Assembly (NCBI GenBank): GCA_050575255.1
Contig: JBNZDD010013721.1
Coordinates: 6,330,548 to 6,394,547 of the forward strand
Source: Harriotta raleighana
Lineage: Eukaryota
Length of the DNA: 64,000 nucleotides
Direction of reading: 5' to 3'
Shown here: in pieces, positions 63,403 to 64,000 of the stretch
Numbering within the stretch: the stretch's first letter is position 1
How the letters are laid out: every line of letters starts with the position of its first letter
Notes under the pieces: model-generated
Told to the model about the DNA's origin: nothing
Database searches by the model: none
The model's input: only the letters and a program-made list of their open reading frames with translations
Translations under genes and position numbers: made by a program

Positions 63403-64000
63403 CAATTGGTTAATAAAAACTGGTATCAAAAGCCTACAAATATACAGTTACGACACTCCACATTAAAGTCCTGAAAAGTATTTTGACGACATGATGAGGT
63501 GAACAAAATTATTATTGTGCATCTCCTCAGTGTGATTTCATATCTAACAATTTTTATTACATACCCATTGCTGGGTTAGCAAAGTTATTGGAAATCTTAG
63601 GGTGGGTGGGTCACCTAGGCACGTCTCCCCTACAGCACGCGGACCAGCGCATATAGTCAATCTTTCTTAAATACAAATGGGACAAATTCAAGCTGTACCT
63701 TGGTACATTCTTTGTCTTAATTTATACATTCCTGTTAAGGAAGAGTAGTAAATATTACCCCATCATTGCAGAGTTTTTCAAATATTTGCAAAAAATGTGC
63801 AACACGGAAACAGAGCGTTCAACCCTTCCAGTCTTTGCTGGTGTTTATACTGCACACAAGTCTTCACCCATACCTCACTCCCCCCCACACCCTTCCATTC
63901 CCCTCTCCCTCATGTGAAGGTCTATCTACCTCTTGAATGCATCTTTCTGTACTATTCAAAGAATAGCTATAGCTAAACAAGAGATGTGCATTTCACGAGA

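Noticed and set aside
63631-63651. REST/RE1-like TACAGCACGCGGACCAGCGCA
   Set aside because: Needs a deletion and an insertion within the half-sites to fit the consensus.

Overview
AT-rich vertebrate genomic DNA, not prokaryotic. The retroposon repertoire (tRNA-headed SINEs with a Deu-like core and L2-type tail, CR1/L2 3' ends, Penelope-like fold-backs) suggests a cartilaginous fish, possibly a holocephalan; this is inference. By manual translation and splice-site tracing I reconstruct four protein-coding genes. (1) An intronless, divergent small heat-shock (alpha-crystallin) ORF on the - strand (1179-1793). (2) A SPATA25-like ORF on the + strand (6066-6806). (3) A complete 15-coding-exon, 468-aa secreted BPI/LBP-fold gene on the - strand (8209-18783), mostly invisible in the ORF track. 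(4) A complete 13-coding-exon, 588-aa CDK5RAP1 (mitochondrial tRNA methylthiotransferase) on the - strand (22449-33781) with a CpG-island promoter. The remaining ~30 kb (34-64 kb) has no gene I can recognise and is dense in SINEs, LINE tails and Tigger/pogo-like MITEs. Several apparent tandem repeats flank single N bases and are assembly artefacts. I found no CRISPR array or clearly new system. The best leads are the BPI-fold gene at the position of the amniote BPIF/PLUNC cluster and the atypical sHSP lying head-to-head with SPATA25.
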